DNA of 52,325 nucleotides from a virus (Duplodnaviria; Caudoviricetes). Below, in pieces: positions 18,594 through 27,431 of this stretch; within the stretch, counting starts at the first letter, position 1; every line of letters begins with the position of its first letter. A program made the position numbers and the translations under genes. The stretch is from IMG/VR virus record IMGVR_UViG_3300048597_000307, positions 1 to 52,325 of that record; one strand, given 5' to 3'. Below the pieces are notes generated by a model, which saw only the letters and a list, made by a program, of their open reading frames with translations, was not told where the DNA came from and ran no database searches.

Positions 18594-18902
18594 ATGCATG
18601 TAGGCTTTCTGGCGCAGGAATCCGCCACGGTCGCCAGCGCAATGTCACTTGTCTTCGCGGCGATTATCTTGTTCGCCTGGCTGCTGGGCTTTCGAGCGCG
18701 GTGGATGCTGTTTGGTGCGGGCGGTCTGCTGGGGCTCTGCGTCTACTGGGGAATGCTGGCGGTGTCCGCCGGGCCGGCGCCGGTGGTCAGTCGAGCGGAC
18801 ATCGCCTTGTGGGTGCGCGTCGTCTTGCTGGTGGCGTTCTCATTCCTCACCGTCGCCTTCGGCCTAATCGCCGGGCGGCTGTGGCGGTGGGGTAGGATTT
18901 GA
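18594..18902 (+). CDS. Three-TM membrane protein (holin-like)
   Basis: GAGGGGG RBS; three hydrophobic segments; basic C-terminus. Confidence 0.6.
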   Translation: MHVGFLAQESATVASAMSLVFAAIILFAWLLGFRARWMLFGAGGLLGLCVYWGMLAVSAGPAPVVSRADIALWVRVVLLVAFSFLTVAFGLIAGRLWRWGRI

Positions 18903-18923
18903 CTGCGAATTTTCGCAGTCAAA
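18898..18923. repeat. Dispersed palindrome copy 1 (TTTGACTGCGAATTTTCGCAGTCAAA)
   Basis: Read directly; lies between convergent genes. Confidence 0.9.
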
Positions 18924-18928
18924 GGCCG

Positions 18929-19150
18929 TCAAGCGGCAAGAGAGTCAGCAGCACCTTCGCTCCACCTCTGTTCCAACTCTGCCCGGTCGCCAAAGCGCAA
19001 GTTTGGCGGCTGCAACTGCCCGCCGCTGCGCAGCCGCATCAACGCATCCTGGACGTTGTCGCAGTAGCGGGGCGAAAACTCAATGACCTCGAAGTGCAAG
19101 CCGCCGTCCGGCTGCACTGTCACGCGATAGCATTTCGTATTACCGGCCAT
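18929..19150 (-). CDS. Hypothetical protein
   Basis: GAGGA RBS; last gene of the leftward operon. Confidence 0.55.
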   Translation of the reverse strand: MAGNTKCYRVTVQPDGGLHFEVIEFSPRYCDNVQDALMRLRSGGQLQPPNLRFGDRAELEQRWSEGAADSLAA

Positions 19151-19155
19151 GTTGC

Positions 19156-20319
19156 CTATCCTCGTTTCGCATGAAGCAGTAGGGGTTGACTGACAATCTC
19201 ACCGAACGCATCCACGGTGTAGGCGTCCAGCGCCACATCACCGTTGACCTCGGTGCCGTCCCATTTTTGGGGCCATGTGTTGGCGGCCCAGAGTTCGCGA
19301 ATGCGAGCTTCCTCCTCGGCGTTCACCAGGTCCACCCGCGCCCGCAGTTGGATGTCCTTGATGCGCTCTAGCCCATACGCACGGGCCTCCATGGTCAACG
19401 GTCCCAGGCGCTGCACGTTCTGCGCCCACTTGCCGTCTTTGCGTAGCTCTGGTTCGCTCTTGCGCTTGCGGTTGCGTGCCAGCTTCAGCTCGGCAAAGAA
19501 CGGCTTGAGTTCGAGCAGGGGCCGCAGGTGCTCCCATTGGGGTTGTCTGACTAAGCGTTCCAGGGCGTTGTCGCGGCTGGCGAGGTTGCAGCCGACGCAG
19601 CCTGTCCTGACCTCGTCCTCGCCGTAGACGGCGGCGATGCCGGATGTGTCTAAGCCATGGCGCTCAGTCTCGAAATAGAGAAAATCGAAGACGTGGCATA
19701 GCCGCCAGTGCAGGAGCGGAGCCAACGTATCTGCGACGCTCTCCGGTGTCGCTACCTGGAACCAACCCTGGCCGCACTCGCCGCTGTCCTTGCTGCAAGA
19801 GACCGCGATGCGCTGGTCCCTGACCGCCGACTCACCAAGGCGCACACCGGTGAGCATGAGCACCTTTTGTCCTGCAGCCTCTCGAATATGGTTTAGTGCG
19901 GCGTACATCGGCAGAATCTTGAGCTGTTCCGTGCACCAGCGAAAGGTGTTGCTGGGCGGGGGGACGCCCCTGCCCAGCATGTAGACATAGAAGCGGTCGT
20001 CCATCTCCGGTAGAACTACCTGAGCGTTGCAGCCACGCGTCCGCACGCTCTCCAAGATGCGCAGCGCCGCAGCTTGCAGCGGCGGCAGCTCCTGCCGGGT
20101 GTCGGCGTAGAGCACCGTGAGCGACTGCGGCGCTTGAACCCGACCGGCAGCCAATGCCCACAGGACAAAGGCAACTGTCGCCGTCGAGTCTTTGCCGCCG
20201 CTGTAGCCGATAGCCCAGTGGTCATAGCGCCGGCCGTACTCTTGCAGGCTGGCGACACTCATCTCGATGGCGTCGTCGAGCGTCAGCCGCTCGGCTTCAA
20301 AAAGGGATAAGTTGCGCAT
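19156..20319 (-). CDS. DndC-like phosphoadenosine phosphosulfate reductase family protein
   Basis: YSGGKDS PP-loop, PPPSNTFRWCTEQLKILP, GVRLGES, RTGCVGC, GPLTMEAR. Confidence 0.8.
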   Translation of the reverse strand: MRNLSLFEAERLTLDDAIEMSVASLQEYGRRYDHWAIGYSGGKDSTATVAFVLWALAAGRVQAPQSLTVLYADTRQELPPLQAAALRILESVRTRGCNAQVVLPEMDDRFYVYMLGRGVPPPSNTFRWCTEQLKILPMYAALNHIREAAGQKVLMLTGVRLGESAVRDQRIAVSCSKDSGECGQGWFQVATPESVADTLAPLLHWRLCHVFDFLYFETERHGLDTSGIAAVYGEDEVRTGCVGCNLASRDNALERLVRQPQWEHLRPLLELKPFFAELKLARNRKRKSEPELRKDGKWAQNVQRLGPLTMEARAYGLERIKDIQLRARVDLVNAEEEARIRELWAANTWPQKWDGTEVNGDVALDAYTVDAFGEIVSQPLLLHAKRG

Positions 20320-22946
20320 TAGTCCGCCGCCATCGGTCGCTCGTCGAGCAGGTCAAACAACGTCGGCGCCGCCCGCTCTGCTTCTGCGTCCTGGCAGTAG
20401 CGCACGCCCCAGGCAAAGTATTCCGGGTTCAGCTCGCACGCCATGCCCCTGCGCCCCAGCTTGATTGCCCGGTAGGGCACGGTCATCAACCCGCCGAAGG
20501 GGTCGTAGACCAGCTCGCCGGGGTTGCTCCACCGCTCGATAACCCGGTCCACGATATCAAATGGCAACGGGCAGACGTGGTTTTCCACCCGTCGAGACGC
20601 CTGCTCCATGTTGAGGGTGCGCATGCTGACGACGTCCGTCCAGACCAGCGGCGATGCACCGGCCGGCGCTTGCGGCAGCATCAACCCGTAGGTCTTCGGC
20701 AGGCGGTCGGCATCGTCCAGCGCGTCGACGGCCGCCCGGTGCTGCTGGTAGTCATACTGCATATTGCGGCTGTATTCGGCGTACCAGCGATACACCTGGT
20801 TCCCCTCCATGCCCACCAGCCGCTCCGGAGGCAGGGCCGCCACTTCGTGCGGCGTCGGCATGCGGTCACCCGAGGAGCGCCAGAAACTATGGGCGTCGAG
20901 CTGCCAGCGGGAGACGGGGTACTCGTCCTTGGTGTGCACGACAGGCTCATCGGCGTACATGCGGGAGATGTCCGTCTGCCGCTTGCGGAACAGCAGCACA
21001 TACTCCGGCATACCGACGCCCATTTTCGACCCGTCCTTGACCATCTCGGACCAGGTCAGACGGTAGGTTGAATTGTTCTCTCGCACCACATCGGTGGTGA
21101 TGGTGATGCGGCCCATGAAGATAAAGCCGTGCTTGCGGAAGGCGGCGACGCAATCGTCGCTGAAGGGGTCCACGCTCATCACGCCTAGACCGTTCTGGTG
21201 CCCATAGAGCAGCCGGTCCTTCACGTGGATGGCCGCCACCCGGCCGGGCTTGAGCGCCCGCAGCAGGTGGGGGACCAAGAAGTCCATCTGCTGCCAGAAG
21301 ATGACGTCTGTCGGGTTGTGGCCGAAGTCGTTCTTGCTGGGAGAGTATTCGTAGTGATTGCCGAACGGGATGGACGTGTGAATCAGGTCCAGGCTATCGT
21401 CGGCCAGGCGCTCCGCTTCGACCACGGTGTCATTGTTGATGGCGGCGAACAGGCTGCCCCGCACCTCATGGCGCTCGCTGCCGATGCTGCGTGTCAGGTT
21501 CATCTTGAGAGCCTCCGAACTGAGACCGAAGTCCCGGATAATCTGCGACATGTTGGCGACCAGGCGCTCATGCTGCGCCCACTTCTTCTTCATCACCTCG
21601 ACCACTGTATCCTCGGCGTCGGTGTGGATGATGTGAATCTCGACGGCGCCCGTCTGGCCGAACCGCTGCGTGCGGTAGACCGACTGGATAAACTCCTCAA
21701 ACTGGAAGCGGACGCCGACATAGACGTTCTTGCGGCAGTGGCGTTGGAAGTTGCAGCCGGAACCGGCAATCTCCGGCTTGGTTGCCAGAATGCGAATGTG
21801 GCCGTGCGAGAAGTCCAAGATGCGGCGCTCCCGTTCTTCCAGGTCCTGGCTGCCGAACACGTCCATGGCGTCGGGCACGGCCCGCATGATGGCGTGGCGC
21901 TCATCTTCCAGGTGGTGCCACAACAGCCAATGGTCGTCGGCGGCGCCGGCCGCCACAATCTCGGCAGCCTTGGCGATACGCGCCGGGAGGCTGTCTCGCT
22001 TCTCCCGGATGGCCTGCTGGATGGAGGCGGCGGAGTCTTTCAGCAAGAACCGCTGTCCCCGGTTGTCGCTCATCTCCCACGCCTTCTCATGGTCCGAGGC
22101 GATGCGGTGCCAGTAAATCTGCAGCGGCGGCAGGATGTAGCCGTCGTCACTGTAGCCAAGGTCAGAGGGCTTCTGGATGAAGATGGCCCACGACGCCACC
22201 CACATCCAGAACTCTCGCTCGCCGTGCGGGTGCAGCCGCAGGTTGCCCGCCTTCTGCGGGTCCCGCTTGAACCAGCGGGTCAATGCCTGCCCGCTGTCCA
22301 TGACGCCTAGGAACTGGGCGTAGTAGATAAGCTCCTTGTAGTCGTTGGGCGACGGCGTCGCCGTGCAGACAAAGCGGTAGGGCACATCGGCGAGCACCAC
22401 CTCGAACGTCTGCTGTGTCTGGCTTCCCAGGCTGCGCAGGACGGAGCCTTCGTCCAGGGAGACGCACTCGATATGTTCGCTCAAGAACTTGTGCGAGATG
22501 TCGCCATCCCGCACCCGTTCATAGTTGGTGATGAGATAGGGGGTATCGGCGGCCAGGGCTTCGGCGTCGGTGCGCACATACTGGAAGCGCACGCCCATCT
22601 CGGGGCCGTCTTCTTCGCTGAACTGGTGCTTCACCCCCAGCGGGCAGATGATGAGTGTCCGGCCGCCGGTGCGGGCGTGAATCTGCCGCACCATCTCCAC
22701 CTGCATCCGGCTCTTGCCCAACCCGAAGGCGGCGGCGACGAGGGCCTTACCCCGGGCCAGTGCCCACAGGACGATGTCCCGCTGATGCGGGAACAGTGAC
22801 GGGTGAAGCTTCGACGGGTCAGCCGCAAAGCCGCCCGTCGGCTTGATGTCGATTTTGTTCTCCGCAATCCAGCGGTAATAGGCGTCGATGCGGGCGGAGG
22901 CGGCTGCGCCCAGGTCACCGGTGCGAATGATGCTGTCCCAGTTCAT
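20319..22946 (-). CDS. SNF2-like helicase fused to amino (N4/N6) DNA methyltransferase
   Basis: GLGKS, LDEGS, TATPSPND, RTQRFGQ; C-terminal HTSIPF, HVCPLP, YDPFGGLMT. Confidence 0.85.
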   Translation of the reverse strand: MNWDSIIRTGDLGAAASARIDAYYRWIAENKIDIKPTGGFAADPSKLHPSLFPHQRDIVLWALARGKALVAAAFGLGKSRMQVEMVRQIHARTGGRTLIICPLGVKHQFSEEDGPEMGVRFQYVRTDAEALAADTPYLITNYERVRDGDISHKFLSEHIECVSLDEGSVLRSLGSQTQQTFEVVLADVPYRFVCTATPSPNDYKELIYYAQFLGVMDSGQALTRWFKRDPQKAGNLRLHPHGEREFWMWVASWAIFIQKPSDLGYSDDGYILPPLQIYWHRIASDHEKAWEMSDNRGQRFLLKDSAASIQQAIREKRDSLPARIAKAAEIVAAGAADDHWLLWHHLEDERHAIMRAVPDAMDVFGSQDLEERERRILDFSHGHIRILATKPEIAGSGCNFQRHCRKNVYVGVRFQFEEFIQSVYRTQRFGQTGAVEIHIIHTDAEDTVVEVMKKKWAQHERLVANMSQIIRDFGLSSEALKMNLTRSIGSERHEVRGSLFAAINNDTVVEAERLADDSLDLIHTSIPFGNHYEYSPSKNDFGHNPTDVIFWQQMDFLVPHLLRALKPGRVAAIHVKDRLLYGHQNGLGVMSVDPFSDDCVAAFRKHGFIFMGRITITTDVVRENNSTYRLTWSEMVKDGSKMGVGMPEYVLLFRKRQTDISRMYADEPVVHTKDEYPVSRWQLDAHSFWRSSGDRMPTPHEVAALPPERLVGMEGNQVYRWYAEYSRNMQYDYQQHRAAVDALDDADRLPKTYGLMLPQAPAGASPLVWTDVVSMRTLNMEQASRRVENHVCPLPFDIVDRVIERWSNPGELVYDPFGGLMTVPYRAIKLGRRGMACELNPEYFAWGVRYCQDAEAERAAPTLFDLLDERPMAAD

Positions 22947-23464
22947 GCCGGCACCTGCTTTGTGCTCATGTACTCGTTGCAGCGGGTCAAGGCGTCGCCG
23001 CCGCGGATGTTGTTGGCCGCCATCCAGCGCAGGACGTCAGCCTTGGCGTCGTCGAACAGCGGCGGCAGGTCACCGGCCATGACCAGGATGCAGGCGATGT
23101 CATGGGCCAGTTCATTCGCCGCTTCCTGGCAGAAGCCGCCGCGCGTGCAGATGGAACACTGCCACTGCTCGTCGTACACCGGCGCCGGCCAGTGTTCGAG
23201 CGGGTCAGCCGGCGCACTGGCGGCAGCACTGCGAATCTTCGCAGTCACGTAGGCGGCCTGTACGTCCCCGGCGATGCGGGCGGGCACGTTGGCGGCTTTG
23301 CATTCCAGCAGCGTCTCGACCGCCTGCTGCACCGTGTCGGCGCAGGGCCATAGAGATGCGTACATACCAACCTGCGGCGTCGCTTGCCCGAACACCACAG
23401 ACAGACTCACCCGCCCATCCGCCATGCGGTAGATTTTGCGGTGTCCTCGCATATACTTAGCCAT
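22943..23464 (-). CDS. Hypothetical protein
   Basis: GAGGA RBS; ATGA overlap with helicase; CxxC. Confidence 0.6.
   Translation of the reverse strand: MAKYMRGHRKIYRMADGRVSLSVVFGQATPQVGMYASLWPCADTVQQAVETLLECKAANVPARIAGDVQAAYVTAKIRSAAASAPADPLEHWPAPVYDEQWQCSICTRGGFCQEAANELAHDIACILVMAGDLPPLFDDAKADVLRWMAANNIRGGDALTRCNEYMSTKQVPA
23227..23246. repeat. Dispersed palindrome copy 2 (CACTGCGAATCTTCGCAGTC)
   Basis: Read directly; intragenic. Confidence 0.85.
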
Positions 23465-23568
23465 AGTTCCTCAGCCTTTCTAGGAGATGGGGGTCCGGTC
23501 TGCCGTCACAGGCCAGCGCGACCAAGCGCCGCAGATGGCGCTTCGACACGGGCAGACCAGACAGCCCA

Positions 23569-23997
23569 TCAGAATGTCTTGAACCCGGCAATGCTCCACA
23601 GCACCTTATTGCGCTCGACTTCGAGCCGGGCGAGGTCCACTTCGAGCTTGGCGTTTATCTCGGTGACCTGGCACGCATGCAACTCCTTCTCGTAATCCTC
23701 CGTCGCCAGCAGCAGCGCCCGGTCGCGCTCCTTGTCGTTCTTGCAATCGGCGGTGGCTTGCTCGTACAGCTGCGCGCGCATAAACCGCAGCACCAGTTCC
23801 CATTCGTTGACGTCGAGACGGGCCCGCGTGTGCTTTTCCAGCGCATCGGCCAGCGCCGTATAGGCCAGGTCGAATGTGTCGGGGTGCAGGTGGTCCAGGA
23901 CCGATGCCAGGTCCATCTCGGGCGTCTCAGCCGCCGCCTGCTCGTTGGCGGTCGCCGGGAGAGTGGCCGGCTCCGAAGTAGTGGTTTGGTCGTACAT
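23569..23997 (-). CDS. Hypothetical coiled-coil early protein
   Basis: AGGAG RBS immediately after a consensus promoter. Confidence 0.65.
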   Translation of the reverse strand: MYDQTTTSEPATLPATANEQAAAETPEMDLASVLDHLHPDTFDLAYTALADALEKHTRARLDVNEWELVLRFMRAQLYEQATADCKNDKERDRALLLATEDYEKELHACQVTEINAKLEVDLARLEVERNKVLWSIAGFKTF

Positions 23998-24021
23998 GCG
24001 TCAGCTCCTGTGTGGAAAGAA

Positions 24022-24090
24022 TTACAGCAATGTTGAAATTATAAGCGATAAAAAACTAATTGTCAACTATTATTTTCAATATTGCTGAAA
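24022..24090 (-). promoter_or_regulatory. Consensus sigma-70 promoter bracketed by two operators
   Basis: TTGACA(24066-24061)-17-TATAAT(24043-24038); operators 24022-24038 and 24074-24090. Confidence 0.85.
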
Positions 24091-24135
24091 TCAGCGGGCA
24101 AAGAGAGACCTCCCCGCACGGAGGAGGTCAGTGTG

Positions 24136-24303
24136 CTACAGGTCGTCGCCTTCGACTGAGGCGGGGTCAATCCCCATGTGGTGCAGAAAGGCCAGCCGCC
24201 TGAGCTGGTCGTCTTCGTCCCGGTGCGCGGCTGCGATAGCCAGGATGAGCGCCATGCTCACCAGCCAGGAGAGACCGAGCAGCGCACCGGCGACGAAGTA
24301 CAT
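24136..24303 (-). CDS. Small single-TM protein (55 aa, absent from ORF track)
   Basis: MYFVAGALLGLSWLVSMALILAIAAAHRDE...; TGATG coupling to upstream ATPase. Confidence 0.6.
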   Translation of the reverse strand: MYFVAGALLGLSWLVSMALILAIAAAHRDEDDQLRRLAFLHHMGIDPASVEGDDL

Positions 24304-25361
24304 CACTGCGGGAAGGCTCCCACCTGCATCGCCCGCACAGCCTCAAACTCCTTGGCGAAGACGGCAGCGAACTTTTCCAACGTCTCGGCGACCATGACCA
24401 GTTCGTCATCAGACAGCGTGTGCCAGTCGGTGCGAATGTTGTCCGGCGTCTTGCCCTTGGTGTAGCGGGTCACCATCCACTTCGATGCGCTGTCGGTGTT
24501 CGACTTGCCGAAGACGGCCGCCACCCTGTCCAGGTAGTGCGCCTGCGCCGGGTTGAGTGCGCCGGCGTCGTCCTCGCCGACTTCGTCTAGCAGCTTGCGC
24601 TCGTAGTCCGTGCCCGTGACGTCGGTGGCCGGGGGCGGGGCCTTAGGGACTGCGCCGGCGTTCAGCCAGTCGAGGATGATGTCGGCCAGCTTGGCGTCAG
24701 GCTTGGCGAAAACCTTGTCCGTCAATGCCGAGCAGCGGGTCTTGACCACAGCCGCCACATTCTGCAAGTCCATGCTCAGGGTGATGTCGAACTCGTACTC
24801 AAGCCCTTCGCGCTGGATGGGGGCGGTGCCGACTTTCGTAATCTTGGTACGCCCGTCCTTGTCCTTGTCCTGGACGTAGTCGGCCTTGGCGCGCAGCGTG
24901 GCGATGATGTGCAGCGGCGAGCGGATGATGGTATCGGCCAACTGGTTCTGAATGGCCGTGCCATCCTTCCAGGCGGCATAGCTGTTGGGCGCCGTCCGGT
25001 TCTTGGCGGCCTGCGCCTTGGCGATTTCGTCCACCAGGTCAAGCAGACCACCCTCGCCAAACCAAGCATGCGAGAGCGAATCAATGACCAGGACGGTGTA
25101 GCCGGCCGCGGCGGCTTCGCCCATCAGTCTGATGTAGCGCCGCGGGTCGAAAGGCGGTTCCAACTCGACGACGTCGAAATCGAAGACGTCGGCGTACTTC
25201 GATGCTGAACCGTGCTCGGTGTCGAGCACGGCAATGCGCCCGCCGTGGCGCTCGACGATGCGGCTCGCCAGCTTGAGCGCGGTGTAGGTCTTGCCTGAAC
25301 CGGAGACGCCGTCGATGCTCAGCCGCAGCTTGGCTTGCTCTTTGGTTGCCTTGCGAAACAT
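24303..25361 (-). CDS. AAA_24/Sak4-like recombination ATPase
   Basis: MFRKATK start with AAGGAG; GVSGSGKT, LDTEHGS, VIDSLSHAW, EYEFD. Confidence 0.85.
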   Translation of the reverse strand: MFRKATKEQAKLRLSIDGVSGSGKTYTALKLASRIVERHGGRIAVLDTEHGSASKYADVFDFDVVELEPPFDPRRYIRLMGEAAAAGYTVLVIDSLSHAWFGEGGLLDLVDEIAKAQAAKNRTAPNSYAAWKDGTAIQNQLADTIIRSPLHIIATLRAKADYVQDKDKDGRTKITKVGTAPIQREGLEYEFDITLSMDLQNVAAVVKTRCSALTDKVFAKPDAKLADIILDWLNAGAVPKAPPPATDVTGTDYERKLLDEVGEDDAGALNPAQAHYLDRVAAVFGKSNTDSASKWMVTRYTKGKTPDNIRTDWHTLSDDELVMVAETLEKFAAVFAKEFEAVRAMQVGAFPQ

Positions 25362-25498
25362 ATGTGCTCCTTGGGACTGCGTACATGGTTGCGTTTGCGC
25401 TGTGACTGTGCTAGAGTCGTAAGTGTTACTCCTGTGGGACGCCGAAGTTCCTTTCGCACGGCCGGGGCCTTGCCTCCCCGGCCTTCTTTTTGCCCAAA

Positions 25499-25568
25499 AT
25501 TCAGCAGATACGAAAATAATAAGCCTAAATCGCCTAAATGTCAACTGCTATTTTCAGCTTAATTGAAA
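25499..25568 (-). promoter_or_regulatory. Sigma-70 promoter bracketed by two operators
   Basis: TTGACA-17-TATTAT on minus strand; operators 25499-25515 and 25552-25568. Confidence 0.75.
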
Positions 25569-25620
25569 ATATGAGACAAAGACGCAGCGCGGAGGAGAGC
25601 GGCCGGCGGCGCTTGCGCCG

Positions 25621-25805
25621 CGGTTACGAAGTAACCGTATTAGTATTGGATTTATACTTATACTTAATATTGGGCCGGACTAAATCATGATTAACTCATG
25701 AGTAGGTCATGACTAACTCATGATTAACTCATGAGTGCTGCATGATGTTTACTTGCATAGCTCATGCGTGGCTCATGCGTCGGTCCTGAGCAGTTCATGC
25801 GCTAC
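25621..25805. repeat. Palindrome, AT-rich tract and 11-bp-period TCATGA array; probable replication origin
   Basis: CGGTTAC-gaa-GTAACCG, AT-rich 25638-25671, cores every 11 bp from 25685 to 25795. Confidence 0.7.
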
Positions 25806-26749
25806 TCAGGTTTTCGTCTTGCCTTGAGGGTCTCGACGGGGCTGTACTGGGCATGGGCGCGGCGCAGGTCTTCGTCGAGGAGCTTGAGATAGCGGTTGAT
25901 GACCCGCAGGTCGCTGTGCCCCATGAGGCGTTGCAGCGTGGCGACGTCGCCGCCGTTGCGGAGGTAGCTCAAAGCAAAGGCGCGGCGGAAATCGTGCATG
26001 CCGGGCGTGGGGATGTCGGCCTGGGCGGCGCGGCGGCGGACAATCTGGAAGATGCCGCTTTTGGTCAGAGGGGTGCGCTGGCGGGTGCGCCAGAGCGGCT
26101 CACTGGCCTGCAGCTCTGGCAGGTGGCGCAGGTAGGCGTAGAGGGCGCGGCGCGTGGTGGCGCCGGCAAAGACGGTGCGCCACTTGCGACCTTTCCCCTC
26201 GCGCACCAGCACGGCCCCCGTGGCGAGGTCCACGTCGCCCATGGTCAGGGCGGTCAGCTCGGCATGGCGCAAGCCGGTATCGAGGAGCAGGAGCAGCAGC
26301 GCCCGGTCGCGGTCACCGGCAAAGGTCTTGCGCTCGCAGGTGGCGAGCATCTTGTCCAGGTCGCCCAGGTCGAGCGGGTCGAGCGGCGCATCGGGGCGGC
26401 GCGGGGCCTTGACCTTGGTGACGGGATTGACCCAGCCCGCCGGCGCATATTCGGCGGCGTACCAGTTGAGAAAGGCGCGCACGCTGCCGTAGATGTTGGC
26501 CCGGCCGCCGTCGCCGTGCTCCCGTTCGGCGAGATGCACCAGAAAGCGCCGCAGCGTTGCCGCGTCCACCTGCTCGGTGCGGGCGACGTCTTGTGCCCGG
26601 CAGAACGCCTGAAAGAGGGGCAGATTATGCTTGTACCAGTTGAGGGTTCCCGGCCGCAAGCCTTGCGCCTGGCGGTCGAGTTGGAATTCGGCGATGTCGC
26701 GGTCGAGGGGATTCTGGGCCGCCGATTTGTCGATTTTGGGGCGTCGCAT
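25802..26749 (-). CDS. int: Tyrosine recombinase/integrase
   Basis: TGLRHAEL, GKGRK, HDFRR, LMGHS, catalytic Y in NRY. Confidence 0.95.
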   Translation of the reverse strand: MRRPKIDKSAAQNPLDRDIAEFQLDRQAQGLRPGTLNWYKHNLPLFQAFCRAQDVARTEQVDAATLRRFLVHLAEREHGDGGRANIYGSVRAFLNWYAAEYAPAGWVNPVTKVKAPRRPDAPLDPLDLGDLDKMLATCERKTFAGDRDRALLLLLLDTGLRHAELTALTMGDVDLATGAVLVREGKGRKWRTVFAGATTRRALYAYLRHLPELQASEPLWRTRQRTPLTKSGIFQIVRRRAAQADIPTPGMHDFRRAFALSYLRNGGDVATLQRLMGHSDLRVINRYLKLLDEDLRRAHAQYSPVETLKARRKPE

Positions 26750-26793
26750 AAAGCAAAACCTCCTTGCCTACTACATCTAGTAGGGCAAGGAGG
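26750..26793 (-). terminator. Intrinsic terminator after tRNA that sequesters the integrase RBS
   Basis: Minus strand CCTCCTTGCC...GGCAAGGAGG then TTTTGCTTT then ATG. Confidence 0.7.
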
Positions 26794-26815
26794 CTGCACG
26801 CCTGCGCGTTGTGTT

Positions 26816-26891
26816 TGGCTCCCCGGGTTGGACTCGAACCAACAACATTTCGGTTAACAGCCGAACGCTCTGCCGATTGAGCTACCAGGGA
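26816..26891 (-). tRNA. tRNA-Asn(GTT), complete with CCA; probable attP
   Basis: TCCCTGG..TAGCTCAATCGGCAGAGC..ctGTTaa..GGTTCGAGTCC..CCGGGGAGCCA; 76 nt; stems pair. Confidence 0.93.
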
Positions 26892-27000
26892 TTGGCGGAG
26901 CGCCATCTTGCGCATGGTGCAACCTGTGCCTACTGCCTGTAGTGGTTTGCCGTCTGTTCCTCGCTCTTGCCGTCAGCGGCGCTTGCCCGCCGCCGAATAG

Positions 27001-27402
27001 TTACCGTTCGCGCGCCGTCTGCGTGTCCAGCTCGCGCCGCAAGCCTTGCAAGCTGGCGAGCATCATCCGCAGCATGTCCAGGGGCAGGGGCAGCAGGAAG
27101 TGCGCCCACTCCTCCAACACGCTCCGCTTTTCCTCGTCCACCTCCACCACCAGCCGCCCGTTGCCCGGCCAGCAGGGCACGGGGTCCGCCGTACGGCAGG
27201 CGATGTAGTCAACACTCACCGCGAAGATGTCGGCCAGCGCCGTCGCCTGCGCCAGCGACATGGCAATCTCGCCGCTTTCCAGCATCGAAATGCCGGATGT
27301 GCCGCTCTTGACCCCGTTGCGGCTCAGCTCCTCGGCCAGCTCGCTTTGCGTCCATTTTCGTCCTTTGCGCAGGTCGCGCACTCTCGCCCCCGGCGTGCTC
27401 AT
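27001..27402 (-). CDS. XRE/CI-like HTH repressor (no S24 peptidase domain seen)
   Basis: GARVRDLRKGRKWTQSELAE..SMLESG..LADIFAVSVDYI; AGGAGG RBS. Confidence 0.9.
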   Translation of the reverse strand: MSTPGARVRDLRKGRKWTQSELAEELSRNGVKSGTSGISMLESGEIAMSLAQATALADIFAVSVDYIACRTADPVPCWPGNGRLVVEVDEEKRSVLEEWAHFLLPLPLDMLRMMLASLQGLRRELDTQTARER

Positions 27403-27431
27403 CTGTCCTCCTGTCCGGCTGTGATGCAAAA

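Noticed and set aside
19156-20319. Complete Dnd system or sulfate-assimilation auxiliary gene (cysH)
   Set aside because: No other dnd or cys genes were recognised; the context is DNA modification.
25685-25805. Repeat array as a mini-CRISPR
   Set aside because: 11-bp period with no unique spacers and no cas genes.
26816-27402. Integration-dependent immunity (attP inside the repressor gene)
   Set aside because: The repressor stops at 27001, about 110 bp before the tRNA, and has no obvious ssrA-like tail.
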